Shown here in pieces: positions 40,016-50,852 of a DNA stretch of 64,000 bases. The number at the start of each line of letters is the position of its first letter. The first letter of the stretch is position 1. Source of the DNA: Nostoc sp. DedSLP01 (GTDB lineage: Bacteria > Cyanobacteriota > Cyanobacteriia > Cyanobacteriales > Nostocaceae); contig JAVRCJ020000004.1 of NCBI GenBank assembly GCA_034530875.2, positions 1-64,000 on the forward strand, in the 5' to 3' direction. The notes beneath the pieces were generated by a model, which saw only the letters and a program-made list of their open reading frames with translations, did no database searches and was not told the DNA's origin. Position numbers and translations under genes: made by a program.

Positions 40016-42784
40016 ATGAAATACTGGATCGCTAAATTAATAATCTTTATAGTTTTACTGTACAACTTGTTAGTAGTGACGGATTACGCAGCAGCTAACG
40101 AACTGGAAAATATTGATGTTGAGTCATTAGATACACTTCCAGTAATTGAAAATTTAGCGAGTGCTGACAATAATTTTAGTAACAGTAAAAAAGAAGATTT
40201 TTGGCGATTTAACGAAATAGTAAAAAACTCCAGAAAACGAGAAGGGCTTTTCGCGCTTTATTCTAATGATGACTCAGGGAAAATATACTTAGAAATTAAG
40301 CCAGAGCAACTCAACAAAAATTATTTAGCTTCCATTACATTAGAATCAGGCGTTGGTCAAAATGGGATTTATAGTGGTTCGCCTCTTGGTGATTTTTTAT
40401 TTTATTTTCGGCCGATTAACAATAAATTGCATTTTGTAGTGCGGAATGTAAAATTCCGTACAGAAAGTAAAGCAGAACAGCGATCGCTGGCTCGTTCGTT
40501 TAGCGACTCAGTTCTTTATTCACTCGAAATCGATAGCATTCATCCGTTCAACAAAAATATTTTGATTGACCTGGATGCCTTGCTAATGCAGGATTTTCCC
40601 GGATTAACCCCTTTATTAAAATACTATTTGCAGGCTGATTATCACTTAGATCCGAGCAAGTCTTATTTTGGTGATGTTAACAGCTTCCCCGAAAACATAG
40701 AAATTGATTCGATTTATGGCTTTTCCTCACCAGAAGGAGCAGATTTAGTCACCGTACCTGATAGTAGAGCGCTCAGTCTCAAGGTACATTACAGTTTTTC
40801 TCAACTCAGGGAAAACAACGGTTATGTTCCTAGACTTGCCGATGACAGAGTGGGATATTTTATTACTGCTTTTCAAGATTTTTCTAACAATAATTTTGAA
40901 GAAGAATTTGTACGTTACATCAATCGTTGGCATTTAGAACCATCAGATCCTAACGCAACTTTATCTCCACCGAAAAAACCAATTGTATTTTGGATTGAAA
41001 ATGCCGTGCCAGTAGAGTATCGGCAGGCAATTCGTGAAGGCGTCTTGATGTGGAACAAAGCCTTTGAAAAAGCCGGATTCCAAAATGCCATCGAAGTACA
41101 CCAAATGCCAGATGATGCTGATTGGCATCCAGCAGACGTGCGCTACAACACTATCCGCTGGTTTAATTCTTTGGATGCAGGTTTTGCCAAAGGCCCGACT
41201 CGCGTTAACCCACTCACCGGGGAAATATTAGATGCAGATATTATCGTAGATGCAAGTATGGTGCGTTCGATTCGGCAAACATACCACACCTACGTAGAAT
41301 CAAACAACAAGGGATTTGGGAATAGAAATATTTCTTTAGTGTCTGAATGCAAAGATGGGGAGTGGGGAAAAAAGGTAAAGGGTAATGGTTTCGATCCCAA
41401 TAATTTTAATTCTCAAGTGCTGAGTTCTAACGGAAATATCGATATTTGCTATGGAAAGGGATTTGTAAATCAGGCAAATATGGGGGTGCTGGCGTTGTCA
41501 ATTTTGCAAAACGCTGCACCGAATAGCGAAATTATACAAGAATACGTGCATCAATATTTGCGTTCTCTCATCGCTCATGAAGTCGGGCATACTCTGGGTT
41601 TGCGCCACAACTTTCATGGCAGCACTATGTTATCACCTCAAGAGTTAAATAACACTGAAATTACTCACACTAAAGGTTTAGTCAGTTCGGTGATGGACTA
41701 TCTACCTGTGAATCTAGCACCACAGGGACTAGAGCAAGGTGACTATTTTCCAGAGATTGTCGGCCCTTACGATGAATGGGCAATTGAGTATGGTTATAAA
41801 ATAAATCCATCCGCAGAAATTGAAGCAACGATTCCAGAAGCAGAAAAAAGTTTTTTGGAAAAGATTGCTTTGGCGGCACCTCAACCAGAATTATCCTATG
41901 CAACAGATGAAGATATCTCAGACATCAATCCTTTAGCCAATGTTTGGGATATGAGTAATGACGTGCTAGTTTATTCCCAATGGCAGATGGATAATGCCCG
42001 CGTCATGTGGCAACGTCTTGAAAATAGTTATTTATCACCAGGAGAAAGTTACAGTAACCTGCGTGTCTTATTCGATAGAGTACTTCGATATTATTTTAGT
42101 AACGCTCAATTACTTTCTCAGTATATTGCCGGGCAATCATTCCGGCGTCTTCATGTCGGCGATGATAATTCCTGGGCTTTTGTACCAGTTTCATTATTAA
42201 AACAACGTCAAGCATTGACGAAATTGCAAGAGTATGTTTTTGCTGAAAATGCTTTTAATTTCTCCCCACAATTGTTGAATCAGTTAGCACCATCGCGCTG
42301 GCAACATTGGGGGAGTTTGATACCAAACTATCGCCTTGATTATCCGATTCACGATCGCATTTTGAGTTTCCAAACTGCGATACTGCGATCGCTATTAGAT
42401 GGCGAACGTTTAAGTCGCTTACAAGATATAGAATTAAAAACCCAGCCTGGAGAAGCGCTGACCATTCCAGAATTGTTTGATATCCTGCAAACAAGTATTT
42501 GGAAAGAAGTTTTAGTTGCAGGAGAATTTAAGCCAATTTCTAGCATCCGGCGTTCATTGCAACAAGAATATTTGAATATTTTACTAGGGATGATGTTGCA
42601 TACTACAGATGCACCTGAAGATGGGAGAACGCTGGCTTGGTATGAATTGCGCCGGCTGCAAAAAGCAATCGATCTGACGCTAAAACAACTGAGTGAAAAC
42701 ATTGATGTTTACACCTTAGCTCACTTGGAAGTTTCTGGCGATCGCATTACAAAAGCATTAAATGCACAGTTAGTATCGAAGTAG
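40016..42784 (+). CDS. Secreted zinc-dependent metalloprotease (DUF5117/DUF4953 type)
   Basis: Signal peptide; PRLADDRVGYF; HEVGHTLGLRHNF; Met-turn SSVMDY. Confidence 0.9.
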   Translation: MKYWIAKLIIFIVLLYNLLVVTDYAAANELENIDVESLDTLPVIENLASADNNFSNSKKEDFWRFNEIVKNSRKREGLFALYSNDDSGKIYLEIKPEQLNKNYLASITLESGVGQNGIYSGSPLGDFLFYFRPINNKLHFVVRNVKFRTESKAEQRSLARSFSDSVLYSLEIDSIHPFNKNILIDLDALLMQDFPGLTPLLKYYLQADYHLDPSKSYFGDVNSFPENIEIDSIYGFSSPEGADLVTVPDSRALSLKVHYSFSQLRENNGYVPRLADDRVGYFITAFQDFSNNNFEEEFVRYINRWHLEPSDPNATLSPPKKPIVFWIENAVPVEYRQAIREGVLMWNKAFEKAGFQNAIEVHQMPDDADWHPADVRYNTIRWFNSLDAGFAKGPTRVNPLTGEILDADIIVDASMVRSIRQTYHTYVESNNKGFGNRNISLVSECKDGEWGKKVKGNGFDPNNFNSQVLSSNGNIDICYGKGFVNQANMGVLALSILQNAAPNSEIIQEYVHQYLRSLIAHEVGHTLGLRHNFHGSTMLSPQELNNTEITHTKGLVSSVMDYLPVNLAPQGLEQGDYFPEIVGPYDEWAIEYGYKINPSAEIEATIPEAEKSFLEKIALAAPQPELSYATDEDISDINPLANVWDMSNDVLVYSQWQMDNARVMWQRLENSYLSPGESYSNLRVLFDRVLRYYFSNAQLLSQYIAGQSFRRLHVGDDNSWAFVPVSLLKQRQALTKLQEYVFAENAFNFSPQLLNQLAPSRWQHWGSLIPNYRLDYPIHDRILSFQTAILRSLLDGERLSRLQDIELKTQPGEALTIPELFDILQTSIWKEVLVAGEFKPISSIRRSLQQEYLNILLGMMLHTTDAPEDGRTLAWYELRRLQKAIDLTLKQLSENIDVYTLAHLEVSGDRITKALNAQLVSK

Positions 42785-42838
42785 TCATTAGTCATTGGTC
42801 ATTAGTCATTGGTCATGAGACTTGCCCCAATCATCAAT

Positions 42839-42960
42839 AGACCTCTTGCAAAAAGAGTTTTGTAAGAGGGGGCAAAGGGACGTATGTAAAAGGGAAAGGG
42901 TTTTTTCTTATCCCTTTCCCCTTTCTCCCTTACCCTTTTCCCGACTTCTGCAAGAAGTCT
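42839..42960. mobile_element. MITE, copy 1
   Basis: TIRs AGACCTCTTGCA / TGCAAGAAGTCT, 3-bp duplication AAT. Confidence 0.75.
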
Positions 42961-42962
42961 AA

Positions 42963-43895
42963 TCATCTAAGATATCGCTGCAAGAGGCCAATGACGACTT
43001 CTGGTACTTCTAAATGAGGTAAGATGCCGGCATCAGGGATTGGATAAAACTTTTCTATTGCATTAGGGTTTAGATTTGCCAATCTTCGTCCTAATTTGAT
43101 GCTAGTAAATTGGGCTTTTTCTCCCCAAAATATAACTGTGGGAATTGTTAATTGTTGAATATATAAACTCAAGTCAAAGTAAAGACTACCTTGTAAAAAT
43201 GCTAAAGCTGCAAATTTGGCATTGGGTTGTTGTGCAGAAGTTAAATAAGCTTCTACCATCTCTTGAGATACTCGTTGCGATTTGGCAAAAAGAAAATTTT
43301 CTAAAAAGTTTCGGACTGCAATTTCATTTTCAGCACCAAGAATATAAATCAAATCGTCTAATAGAGGCGTGTTGATGGCTGCTAGCGGAAGTCTGCGTCC
43401 GATACCTTGTCCAAAGTCATCAAACCCAGAAGGACAGACCAAAAATAATCTTTGGAATAAATTCGGTTGCATAATAGCTAGGCGAATCGCAAAAGCTGCT
43501 GTCAGCGACGAGGCTACCACTGTTACAGGCTGGCTACAGGTTTGGATGATAAACTCGGCGATGGTGCTAAGGTAATCTCTAATTTGATAGTCTCTGACTG
43601 GATGAGCCGATTCTCCCCAACCGATTAAATCAGGGGCTAAAATCTGGTAATTATAGGCAAAAGCTGGATAAACTTTAGACCATTCATAAGCAGATGCTCC
43701 ACCACCAAAGTTATGTAGAAATAGAAGTGGTGGTAAATCTTTCGTGTTAGCAATGTCTTTACTAACGCTTTCTGTATTAGATTCTGGATCTTGAGCGATC
43801 GCCCAAGATATATTCCTTTGAGTATAGTAAACCATAGCCCCCAAGGATGTATGGATGACTTGATGTCCAAAGCCAGGAGGTTGAAATTTAAGCAT
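42963..43895 (-). CDS. Alpha/beta fold hydrolase
   Basis: FLHNFGGG, APDLIGWGES, VASSL, LPHLE. Confidence 0.88.
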   Translation of the reverse strand: MLKFQPPGFGHQVIHTSLGAMVYYTQRNISWAIAQDPESNTESVSKDIANTKDLPPLLFLHNFGGGASAYEWSKVYPAFAYNYQILAPDLIGWGESAHPVRDYQIRDYLSTIAEFIIQTCSQPVTVVASSLTAAFAIRLAIMQPNLFQRLFLVCPSGFDDFGQGIGRRLPLAAINTPLLDDLIYILGAENEIAVRNFLENFLFAKSQRVSQEMVEAYLTSAQQPNAKFAALAFLQGSLYFDLSLYIQQLTIPTVIFWGEKAQFTSIKLGRRLANLNPNAIEKFYPIPDAGILPHLEVPEVVIGLLQRYLR

Positions 43896-44070
43896 AAAAT
43901 TAAAAAATTGAGTTTAATGCGATCGTTAATAATTCATAATTCAGAATTCAGCAGTCAATAATCAGAAGTGATATTTTATTTTCATCAAGAGGTCGATCGC
44001 TCAATTTTTCTTCTGATTGTTTAACTCTTTTGACTGGAGAATTATGACTTGTGAATTCTGAGATTTATTT

Positions 44071-44574
44071 TTACTTTTGGTTGCTATCTGGTGTAACCTG
44101 AACAAGTTGATAAAGGTTATCACCACTAATATTATAGATTGCGCCAAAACCAATTACAAAACGACCTTCACGGGGAGTTAGCTGAAAAATCCGAAAATCG
44201 GATAAGCTACGCAAAACTTCTATAATTTGACCAAATCGACCTTGAAACTGTTCAACAATTTGATTCCACTTGTCAGTTTCACGCTCTATCAAAGTTGCTG
44301 TACAATCAAAACTCAAACGGGTACGACCAAAAATTTGCTTAGTTTTGTCTTCATCTTCGATAAATAAAACACTAACATTAGGATTGGCGTCGAGATTTGT
44401 TGTGTGAGTTGCAAGAGCGCTGACGTAAATGTAAATGTTTTTGGAATTATCGATTACAAAGGGAGCATAACTAGCGTTGGGTATTCCCTGTGCGCTAACG
44501 GTACTAATGATTATGCTTTGAAATTTTTCAGGAAATTTTTCGTACTCAGATTGGATGTTTTCCAGTTGACTCAT
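44071..44574 (-). CDS. HugZ/pyridoxamine 5'-phosphate oxidase family heme-utilisation protein
   Basis: PNASYAPF, YVSALATHT, LFIEDE, GRFVIGFG; start probably ATG 44574. Confidence 0.85.
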   Translation of the reverse strand: MSQLENIQSEYEKFPEKFQSIIISTVSAQGIPNASYAPFVIDNSKNIYIYVSALATHTTNLDANPNVSVLFIEDEDKTKQIFGRTRLSFDCTATLIERETDKWNQIVEQFQGRFGQIIEVLRSLSDFRIFQLTPREGRFVIGFGAIYNISGDNLYQLVQVTPDSNQK

Positions 44575-44651
44575 AATCGAGCTTTTATTTAAAAATAACA
44601 ATTAATTCTTTATTTTAACGTAAATTGCCTTTTTCTCATTCATCCCATAGT

Positions 44652-44768
44652 AGACCTCTTACAAAAGTGCTTTTTGCACTCTTGTGGGAAAAGGTTAAAG
44701 GGTAAAGGGAAAATAGCAGACCTTTCCCCATTTCCCCTTCCCCTTTTCCCGACTTCTGCAAGAAGTCT
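44652..44768. mobile_element. MITE, copy 2
   Basis: TIRs AGACCTCTTACA / TGCAAGAAGTCT, 3-bp duplication AGT. Confidence 0.75.
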
Positions 44769-45201
44769 AGTGATGTTTATGGCTAATGGCTAATACTATT
44801 TGGCGAAATATTTGCTAAAGATACATCGGATAGAGGCTTACAGCACTGCGCCCATAGAGTTGATTGAAATGTTGCAAAGATTGTTGTCAATACTATAAAA
44901 TCTGTGAAAAAAATCACACTATGCTTAACGAATACCATCTTCTATAAGAAAACCTTCAATTTACTAAAATCTACAATGATAGTTTGCAAATAATTTATTA
45001 ACTAAGTTAATTAAACTTCATCGATTATGGAAACTAGAGCTTTGTAACAAAAGATAGGCAATAATACGATACAAATGAAGTACAGAAGAAAGCAATAATT
45101 AACAAACTTTGAGCGTAATAACTATATATAGCAATTTACGATCTAGTTATCGTTCAAGTATTAAACTGTAAGAGAAAGCACCTGAGTAAGCGGAAACAAC
45201 A

Positions 45202-45699
45202 ATGTCTATTGTTTATGCGATCGCTCCATGTACGCTAGGATATCTGCTTGTGGCAACAACACAAAAGGGCATCTGCGCGGTAAGATTAGGCGATCGACCA
45301 GAGAAATTGAAACAAACTTTCACCGAAGAATTTCACCAAGCCCACATAGTCCGCGATGACGAAACACACCAAGATTGGATACATACAATCCTCAACTTGA
45401 TGGTGGGAGGTAAAGCACATCTCGATTTACCGCTTGATGTGCGCGGGACAGCATTTCAGAAACAGGTATGGCAAGCATTACAGAAAATTCCCTATGGCCA
45501 AACGCGCACTTACACTGATATTGCCCGTGAGATTGCCAAACCCCAGGCATTCCGCGCAGTGGCAAATGCTTGTGGAGCTAACCCGGTAGCGCTGATTGTA
45601 CCATGTCACCGCGTGTTGCGAAGTGATGGCAGTCTTGGTGGCTATCGGTGGGGAATTGAACGCAAACAAAAGCTGATTACACAAGAATCACAACGCTAA
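45202..45699 (+). CDS. ogt: Methylated-DNA--protein-cysteine methyltransferase
   Basis: GTAFQKQVW, IPYG, RAVANAC, active site PCHRV. Confidence 0.92.
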   Translation: MSIVYAIAPCTLGYLLVATTQKGICAVRLGDRPEKLKQTFTEEFHQAHIVRDDETHQDWIHTILNLMVGGKAHLDLPLDVRGTAFQKQVWQALQKIPYGQTRTYTDIAREIAKPQAFRAVANACGANPVALIVPCHRVLRSDGSLGGYRWGIERKQKLITQESQR

Positions 45700-45928
45700 A
45701 GACGGGATTAGGGCATAGGACAGGGAAAATGCATCTTATTTACTAATAAAAACTAAATAAGGGTTCAAAATGACATAGATAACTGTAAAAATTACTCAAT
45801 TTTATAAGCAAAATAAATCAACAATCTTTTAGCGTCTAGGATAATGAGAAAGGCTCTCTTAGACGATTCAAATCTATGGCTAGAGCCTTTCGTCTTTAAA
45901 TGCAGGGTATGCTTGCTTATTATATTGC

Positions 45929-46375
45929 TTACATAGAGCGATAATTACCAATCACTTTACATTCAATTCGACCACGCTCTCCTATGCCACTTCCACCACG
46001 AGCATTGTAACTAACTATCACCCTTACAGGTATACCAACTGTTATCTCTTGTCCTATATCAGGGAGAAAGACCTTGCGCTCTTCGTACTCGAATCTGGGG
46101 GGGAAGCAACCTGAACCAGTTCCACGTTCATCTAGTGGCTCAACTTTAACTGACTCAGGAATAATAGCCCAAGGTGCATTAGGTCTTTCTGAAGGCTGAT
46201 CGGGCCATATAATGTCACCAGAGCATGATTTACGTCCGCTTCCAATACTTGTAGCCCCAGAAGTACACCCTCCTTGGTCATTAAAGGGTCTGTCTATTGG
46301 TTGTGCAAAGACAGGAGAAATGACCATAGTATAAAGAATAGAAATAATGGAAAAAGGAAAAAAAATTCTTTTCAT
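45929..46375 (-). CDS. Hypothetical secreted protein with four cysteines
   Basis: Signal peptide ending VFA-Q; no recognised domain. Confidence 0.65.
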   Translation of the reverse strand: MKRIFFPFSIISILYTMVISPVFAQPIDRPFNDQGGCTSGATSIGSGRKSCSGDIIWPDQPSERPNAPWAIIPESVKVEPLDERGTGSGCFPPRFEYEERKVFLPDIGQEITVGIPVRVIVSYNARGGSGIGERGRIECKVIGNYRSM

Positions 46376-47092
46376 GGTTAATCAGATTTCCATTAGGTAA
46401 AAAGTATTTCTATTGCATTAAACAATACCTTTTGTCAAAAACAGGGGTAATCTAACTTTTACCAAAACAGCCCAAAACAAGTGCGGGCTTGAATATTAAG
46501 CAAAATGTCAAATGTGAAGCAGACTTACAGGAAAGTAAAAATTAAAATTACTCCTACAAAAGCCATACAAGATTTTATAGGCTCAGTTTTTTATCTCAGA
46601 GCAAAAACAAGCGTATAAAATCTTATATTTTTATCTATATTCATACTTTATATTGGCGAAGGTATTGATGAAACAGAAAAAGTACATAACTAATAATGTA
46701 TAGTTGAATATACTGAAAAATATCAAAAATATATAAATCTCAATAACTATAGGGAGCAAGGCAATTTTCTGAAGTCAGACAAAAAATGAGCGATGCCTTC
46801 GGGAGCATCCGAAGAGGACAAGGGGAAAGACTTGTTGCAAGTTCTCATACCAATTGGAAAAAAGAATGCGGCAGATACATAAGCTCAAACCTTCGCGATC
46901 GCGCTCTTTTATTAATCTCATCAGAGAATAATATAGTAAAGTACCGCAAACTTTTAGCTGGGCTATGTTTGGGGGATAGAACTTTCATCAATAAATAAAC
47001 CGATTATAAACTTTGTTAATTAAAATATTTCTCACTATTAAAAGGTGATTTTATGAGAATAAACTTCAATATATACTTAAAAGAGGTAAAAA

Positions 47093-47956
47093 ATGCCAAA
47101 AGATTCAATATTTAGTAATCGTACAGCAGTATTGGCAACAATGCACCGAAAAGAAAAAGCGATCGCTCCAATTTTAGAAACAGAATTAGGAATTAAAGTT
47201 ATCGTTCCTCAAGATTTTAATACTGATGTTTTCGGTACATTTACTAGAGAAATAAAACGTCCGGCTAATCAAATTGAAACTGCGAGGCTGAAAGCAAAAC
47301 AAGCATTAGAATTGACTGGCGAAAGTACAGCCTTAGCTAGCGAAGGTAGTTTTGTTCCTCATCCAGGTATTCCTTTTCTTTATAGTAATAGAGAAATAGT
47401 AATTATTTTAGATAAAAACTTAAATTTAGAAATTATTGGCGAGGAATTTTCTTTAGAAACTAATCATAATCATACTGTTGTAGAAAACGTTGAACAAGCA
47501 TTACAGTTTGCAAAAAAAGTAGGCTTTCCTGAACATGGTTTAATCGTCATGTTTAGCGAAGATGCTCAAGGCAATGGGGAAATTATTAAAGGAATTATTA
47601 CAGAAAAAGAACTTGTAGAAGCTGTAAATTCTGTTATTAAAAACTCACCGACAGGGAAAGCTCATCTGGAAACAGATATGCGGGCAATGTATAACCCTAC
47701 ACGTATGCAGAATATTGCTAAAGCTACTCAAGATTTAATCAGAAAAATTAAAAGTTTTTGTCCAGAATGTTCTACCCCTGGTTTCCAAGTTATTAAAAGA
47801 ATTCCGGGATTACCTTGTGGACTATGCCAGATGCCGACTCCTTTAACTCTTAATGTTATTTATCAATGTCAAAAATGTGGATTTAGTAAAGAAAAACTAT
47901 TTCCGAATGGAAGCGAATACGCCGATCCAGCACAATGTATGTATTGCAATCCTTAG
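47093..47956 (+). CDS. Conserved protein with C-terminal Cys-rich zinc ribbons (DUF6671-like)
   Basis: LATMHRKE, TDVFGTFT, ASEGSF, ETDMRAMYNPTRM, CPEC/CGLC/CQKC/CMYCNP. Confidence 0.8.
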   Translation: MPKDSIFSNRTAVLATMHRKEKAIAPILETELGIKVIVPQDFNTDVFGTFTREIKRPANQIETARLKAKQALELTGESTALASEGSFVPHPGIPFLYSNREIVIILDKNLNLEIIGEEFSLETNHNHTVVENVEQALQFAKKVGFPEHGLIVMFSEDAQGNGEIIKGIITEKELVEAVNSVIKNSPTGKAHLETDMRAMYNPTRMQNIAKATQDLIRKIKSFCPECSTPGFQVIKRIPGLPCGLCQMPTPLTLNVIYQCQKCGFSKEKLFPNGSEYADPAQCMYCNP

Positions 47957-47961
47957 ATAAC

Positions 47962-48050
47962 GAAGGCAGGAGGCAGGAGGCCATTTTTGTAACCAGGATT
48001 TATATCCCATTCCAAAAACTTTGAACGAAGTACGGTTTTAGACCCGATTG
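47962..48050 (+). repeat. ~85-bp dispersed repeat, copy 1
   Basis: GAAGGCAGGAGGCC.TTTTTGTAAC.AGGATTTATA..TTCCAAAAACTTTG..AAGTACGGTTTTAGACC.GATTG, also at 61276-61357. Confidence 0.75.
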
Positions 48051-48140
48051 ATTGTGCGGATTGCGTTCTACAAAATAAATTACGGGTGCTGTATCGAGGA
48101 ATAAGCGAGAAACTCCAGACAACGCATCACTAATCCTCAT
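48051..48140 (-). pseudogene. vapC: Truncated VapC/PIN toxin (only ~30 N-terminal codons remain)
   Basis: ATGA overlap with the upstream gene; MRISDALSGVSRLFLDTAPVIYFVERNP contains the first PIN aspartate; homology stops at the dispersed repeat. Confidence 0.75.
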
Positions 48141-48388
48141 TCCTCTCCTCGCAATAACGGTTCTCGATGCTCATCTCCTTCCTGTCGAGTCCGCGAAACC
48201 CATTCTTGAGCATCTTCACCTAATAAAGGATAGGGTGCCATACCTTTCAAATCGCTCCACTTGCGTTTTGGCTGCGCTTGCGTGATGTGTTTCTTCACGC
48301 GTTCCACTAAATGCCCCATCACTGTCAATTGTTCTTCTGGAGTCAGTTGTTCAATCTCGCTTAAAATTTTCTCAAGTGACAAACTCAT
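48137..48388 (-). CDS. Putative VapB-type antitoxin
   Basis: 83 aa, RKWSDLKG..GEDAQEWVSRTR; translationally coupled to the PIN remnant. Confidence 0.75.
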   Translation of the reverse strand: MSLSLEKILSEIEQLTPEEQLTVMGHLVERVKKHITQAQPKRKWSDLKGMAPYPLLGEDAQEWVSRTRQEGDEHREPLLRGEE

Positions 48389-48645
48389 GAAATTAAACTC
48401 TTGCCAACTGCTGTAAATTTTAGCTTAATTCGGCAGAAATCCCACTTCTAAAGATATTGCCGAATATAAGATGAATAGCCAGACAAAAACATAAGTTTAA
48501 TAATAGATTGGGCATCACGGTAAGCCCAATAAAATCTAAAACACTTGGGTTCATTTGGCTACGGCTACTACGTCTAAAAGAAAAGCCCTCTAGTTACTAG
48601 TTAGAAGAGGGCTTTGTGATATGACAAATAACAAATGACAAATAA

Positions 48646-49812
48646 CTAAATACGCGAGTTGACAAATTTCTCTAACCTATCCATACCCTTTTCAATTGTT
48701 GCCAAATCAGTGGCGTAGGAAAGGCGAATGTTGTCATCAGCACCAAAGGCAATTCCGGGAATGACTGCGACTTGATGTTCTTCTAGCAAGGCGTCGCAAA
48801 ATTCCAAAGATTTTAGACCGGTTTTGCTGATATCGGGAAACAGATAAAAAGCGCCATCCGGTTTAGGGGTACTCAGTCCGGGAATGACGTTGAGTCTGTC
48901 TAACATTACCTGTCGGCGTTTGGCGAATGCTTGGCGCATTTCTTCTACGCAGTCTTGGGGACTTTCTAGCGCTGCGATCGCTCCATATTGAGCAAAGGTA
49001 CACACGTTAGATGTACTATGCCCTTGAATAGAACTCGTGGCTTTAATAATTTCCACTGGCCCCGCTAAATAACCAAGTCTCCAACCAGTCATCGAGTAAG
49101 CTTTGGCAAACCCATTACTGATTAAAGTCCGGCTAAAAATTTCCTGACCTAGAGAACCAATGCTGATATGTTCTGCACCATCGTAGAGAATTTTTTCGTA
49201 AATCTCATCAGAAACAACAAAGATATCTGCATCAACTATTACCTGTGCCAATGCTTTGATTTCATCTGGCGTGTAAACCATCCCCGTAGGATTGGATGGA
49301 GAGTTGAGGATAAATAGCTTTGTTTTGGGGGTGATGGCTTTACGGAGTTGTTCGGGAGTAATTTTATAGCCCGTACTTGCATCTGTGGGAACAATCTTGG
49401 AAACTCCGCCGACTAATGTCACCATTTCCGGATAACTTAGCCAGTAAGGTGCCGGGATAATGACCTCATCACCTGGATCGATTAACGCCACAATTAAATT
49501 GTACAGAGAATGCTTACCGCCATTAGTGACGATGACATTCTCCGGCTTATAATCAAGACCGTTATCAGTTTTAAGCTTACGGGCGATCGCTTCCCTTAGC
49601 TTTGGTTCTCCGGCTGCTGCACCGTACTTGGTTTTGCCTTCATCCAAAGCTTTTGCTGCTGCGGCTTTGATATGCGCTGGCGTATCAAAATCTGGTTCCC
49701 CAGCGCTAAAACTACAAACATCTATACCCTCTGCCTTCATTGCCTTAGCCTTGGCTGCGATCGCTAAGGTTAATGAAGGTTTTACCTGACTTACTCTTTC
49801 TGCCAGCTTCAT
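48646..49812 (-). CDS. aspC: Aspartate aminotransferase (class I PLP enzyme)
   Basis: [43 protein letters not shown]; start probably 49812. Confidence 0.92.
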   Translation of the reverse strand: MKLAERVSQVKPSLTLAIAAKAKAMKAEGIDVCSFSAGEPDFDTPAHIKAAAAKALDEGKTKYGAAAGEPKLREAIARKLKTDNGLDYKPENVIVTNGGKHSLYNLIVALIDPGDEVIIPAPYWLSYPEMVTLVGGVSKIVPTDASTGYKITPEQLRKAITPKTKLFILNSPSNPTGMVYTPDEIKALAQVIVDADIFVVSDEIYEKILYDGAEHISIGSLGQEIFSRTLISNGFAKAYSMTGWRLGYLAGPVEIIKATSSIQGHSTSNVCTFAQYGAIAALESPQDCVEEMRQAFAKRRQVMLDRLNVIPGLSTPKPDGAFYLFPDISKTGLKSLEFCDALLEEHQVAVIPGIAFGADDNIRLSYATDLATIEKGMDRLEKFVNSRI

Positions 49813-50043
49813 TCTTAGTTTTTTTGGCAAATCTTTCACTTACTTAAGCATATCCCAGAATACCCACCGAGATTTGCCTTTTGCAAGATGACAAACAAAA
49901 AAAACATCATATCGCGTTTAGAGGCAGTGGGGCAGAGGGTCTTGCCCCCCTAAGCTGTTAAGCATTTAATTTACACATTGAGACGGCAAGGGGCAGGGTT
50001 TGCAGCTTTTATTACTATGAAAATAGTGCAATTTAAAGGACGA

Positions 50044-50667
50044 TTAGCTTACCTTGGCTGTAGCTACCATTAATCCCCAAAACAAACCGAAACGAACTTT
50101 AGTCGCACGAGAAACTACAAGATTGGCAGAAGTTAAGAAACGATGAAATTCATCTTGGGTATAACATTGCCGATGCGCTGGGTCAAAAATCTTGAGTATC
50201 GCGTCCAAAATTTTGCAAAATAAATAATCTTTACACCAATCTAAAATTACAATTTTGCCATTGGGTTTGAGTACGCGTTGCATTTCGATTAATGCTGTCG
50301 ATGGCTCGTTAAAGTAATGGAATGAACTGGCAGACACAATTATATCAAAACTATTGTCAGCAAACGGTAACGCTGAGGCACTGGCATTATGAAATGAAAC
50401 TTGGGGATAAATTCTACATTTTTCTTGAGCAATTGCTAACATTTCTTCTGAAATATCTACTCCGACAATTTTTAGATTTGGATTTTTAGCTAATAGCAAC
50501 TTTTCAAACTCACCTGTTCCGCAAGCAACATCAAGTACAGTATCTAGTGGTGAGATTTCTGCCCAGGTTTTGAGAAAAGAAAGCGTATTATAAATATAAT
50601 TTTTCCAACGGCGATCGTATATAGATGCCAGATGGTTGTATTGTTTGCGAACTGTGGTTTCGATCAT
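50044..50667 (-). CDS. Class I SAM-dependent methyltransferase
   Basis: VLDVACGTG, GVDISEEML, LPFADNSFD, RVLKPNG. Confidence 0.9.
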   Translation of the reverse strand: MIETTVRKQYNHLASIYDRRWKNYIYNTLSFLKTWAEISPLDTVLDVACGTGEFEKLLLAKNPNLKIVGVDISEEMLAIAQEKCRIYPQVSFHNASASALPFADNSFDIIVSASSFHYFNEPSTALIEMQRVLKPNGKIVILDWCKDYLFCKILDAILKIFDPAHRQCYTQDEFHRFLTSANLVVSRATKVRFGLFWGLMVATAKVS

Positions 50668-50852
50668 TTCTGACTTGAAAAAGGGTGTAGGGTGTGGGGT
50701 TGCAGGTTCGGGAATATTCCTTTTTCCTGCACGATCGTGAAATTTATTTTATTGCGATTTCCTCCTGCCTTCTGCCTAAAGATACAAGCTTTTTAGCAGT
50801 AGTTTATGTGAATCTCGACTGAGGAAAGTAGTTATCTTTATACATAGGGATT

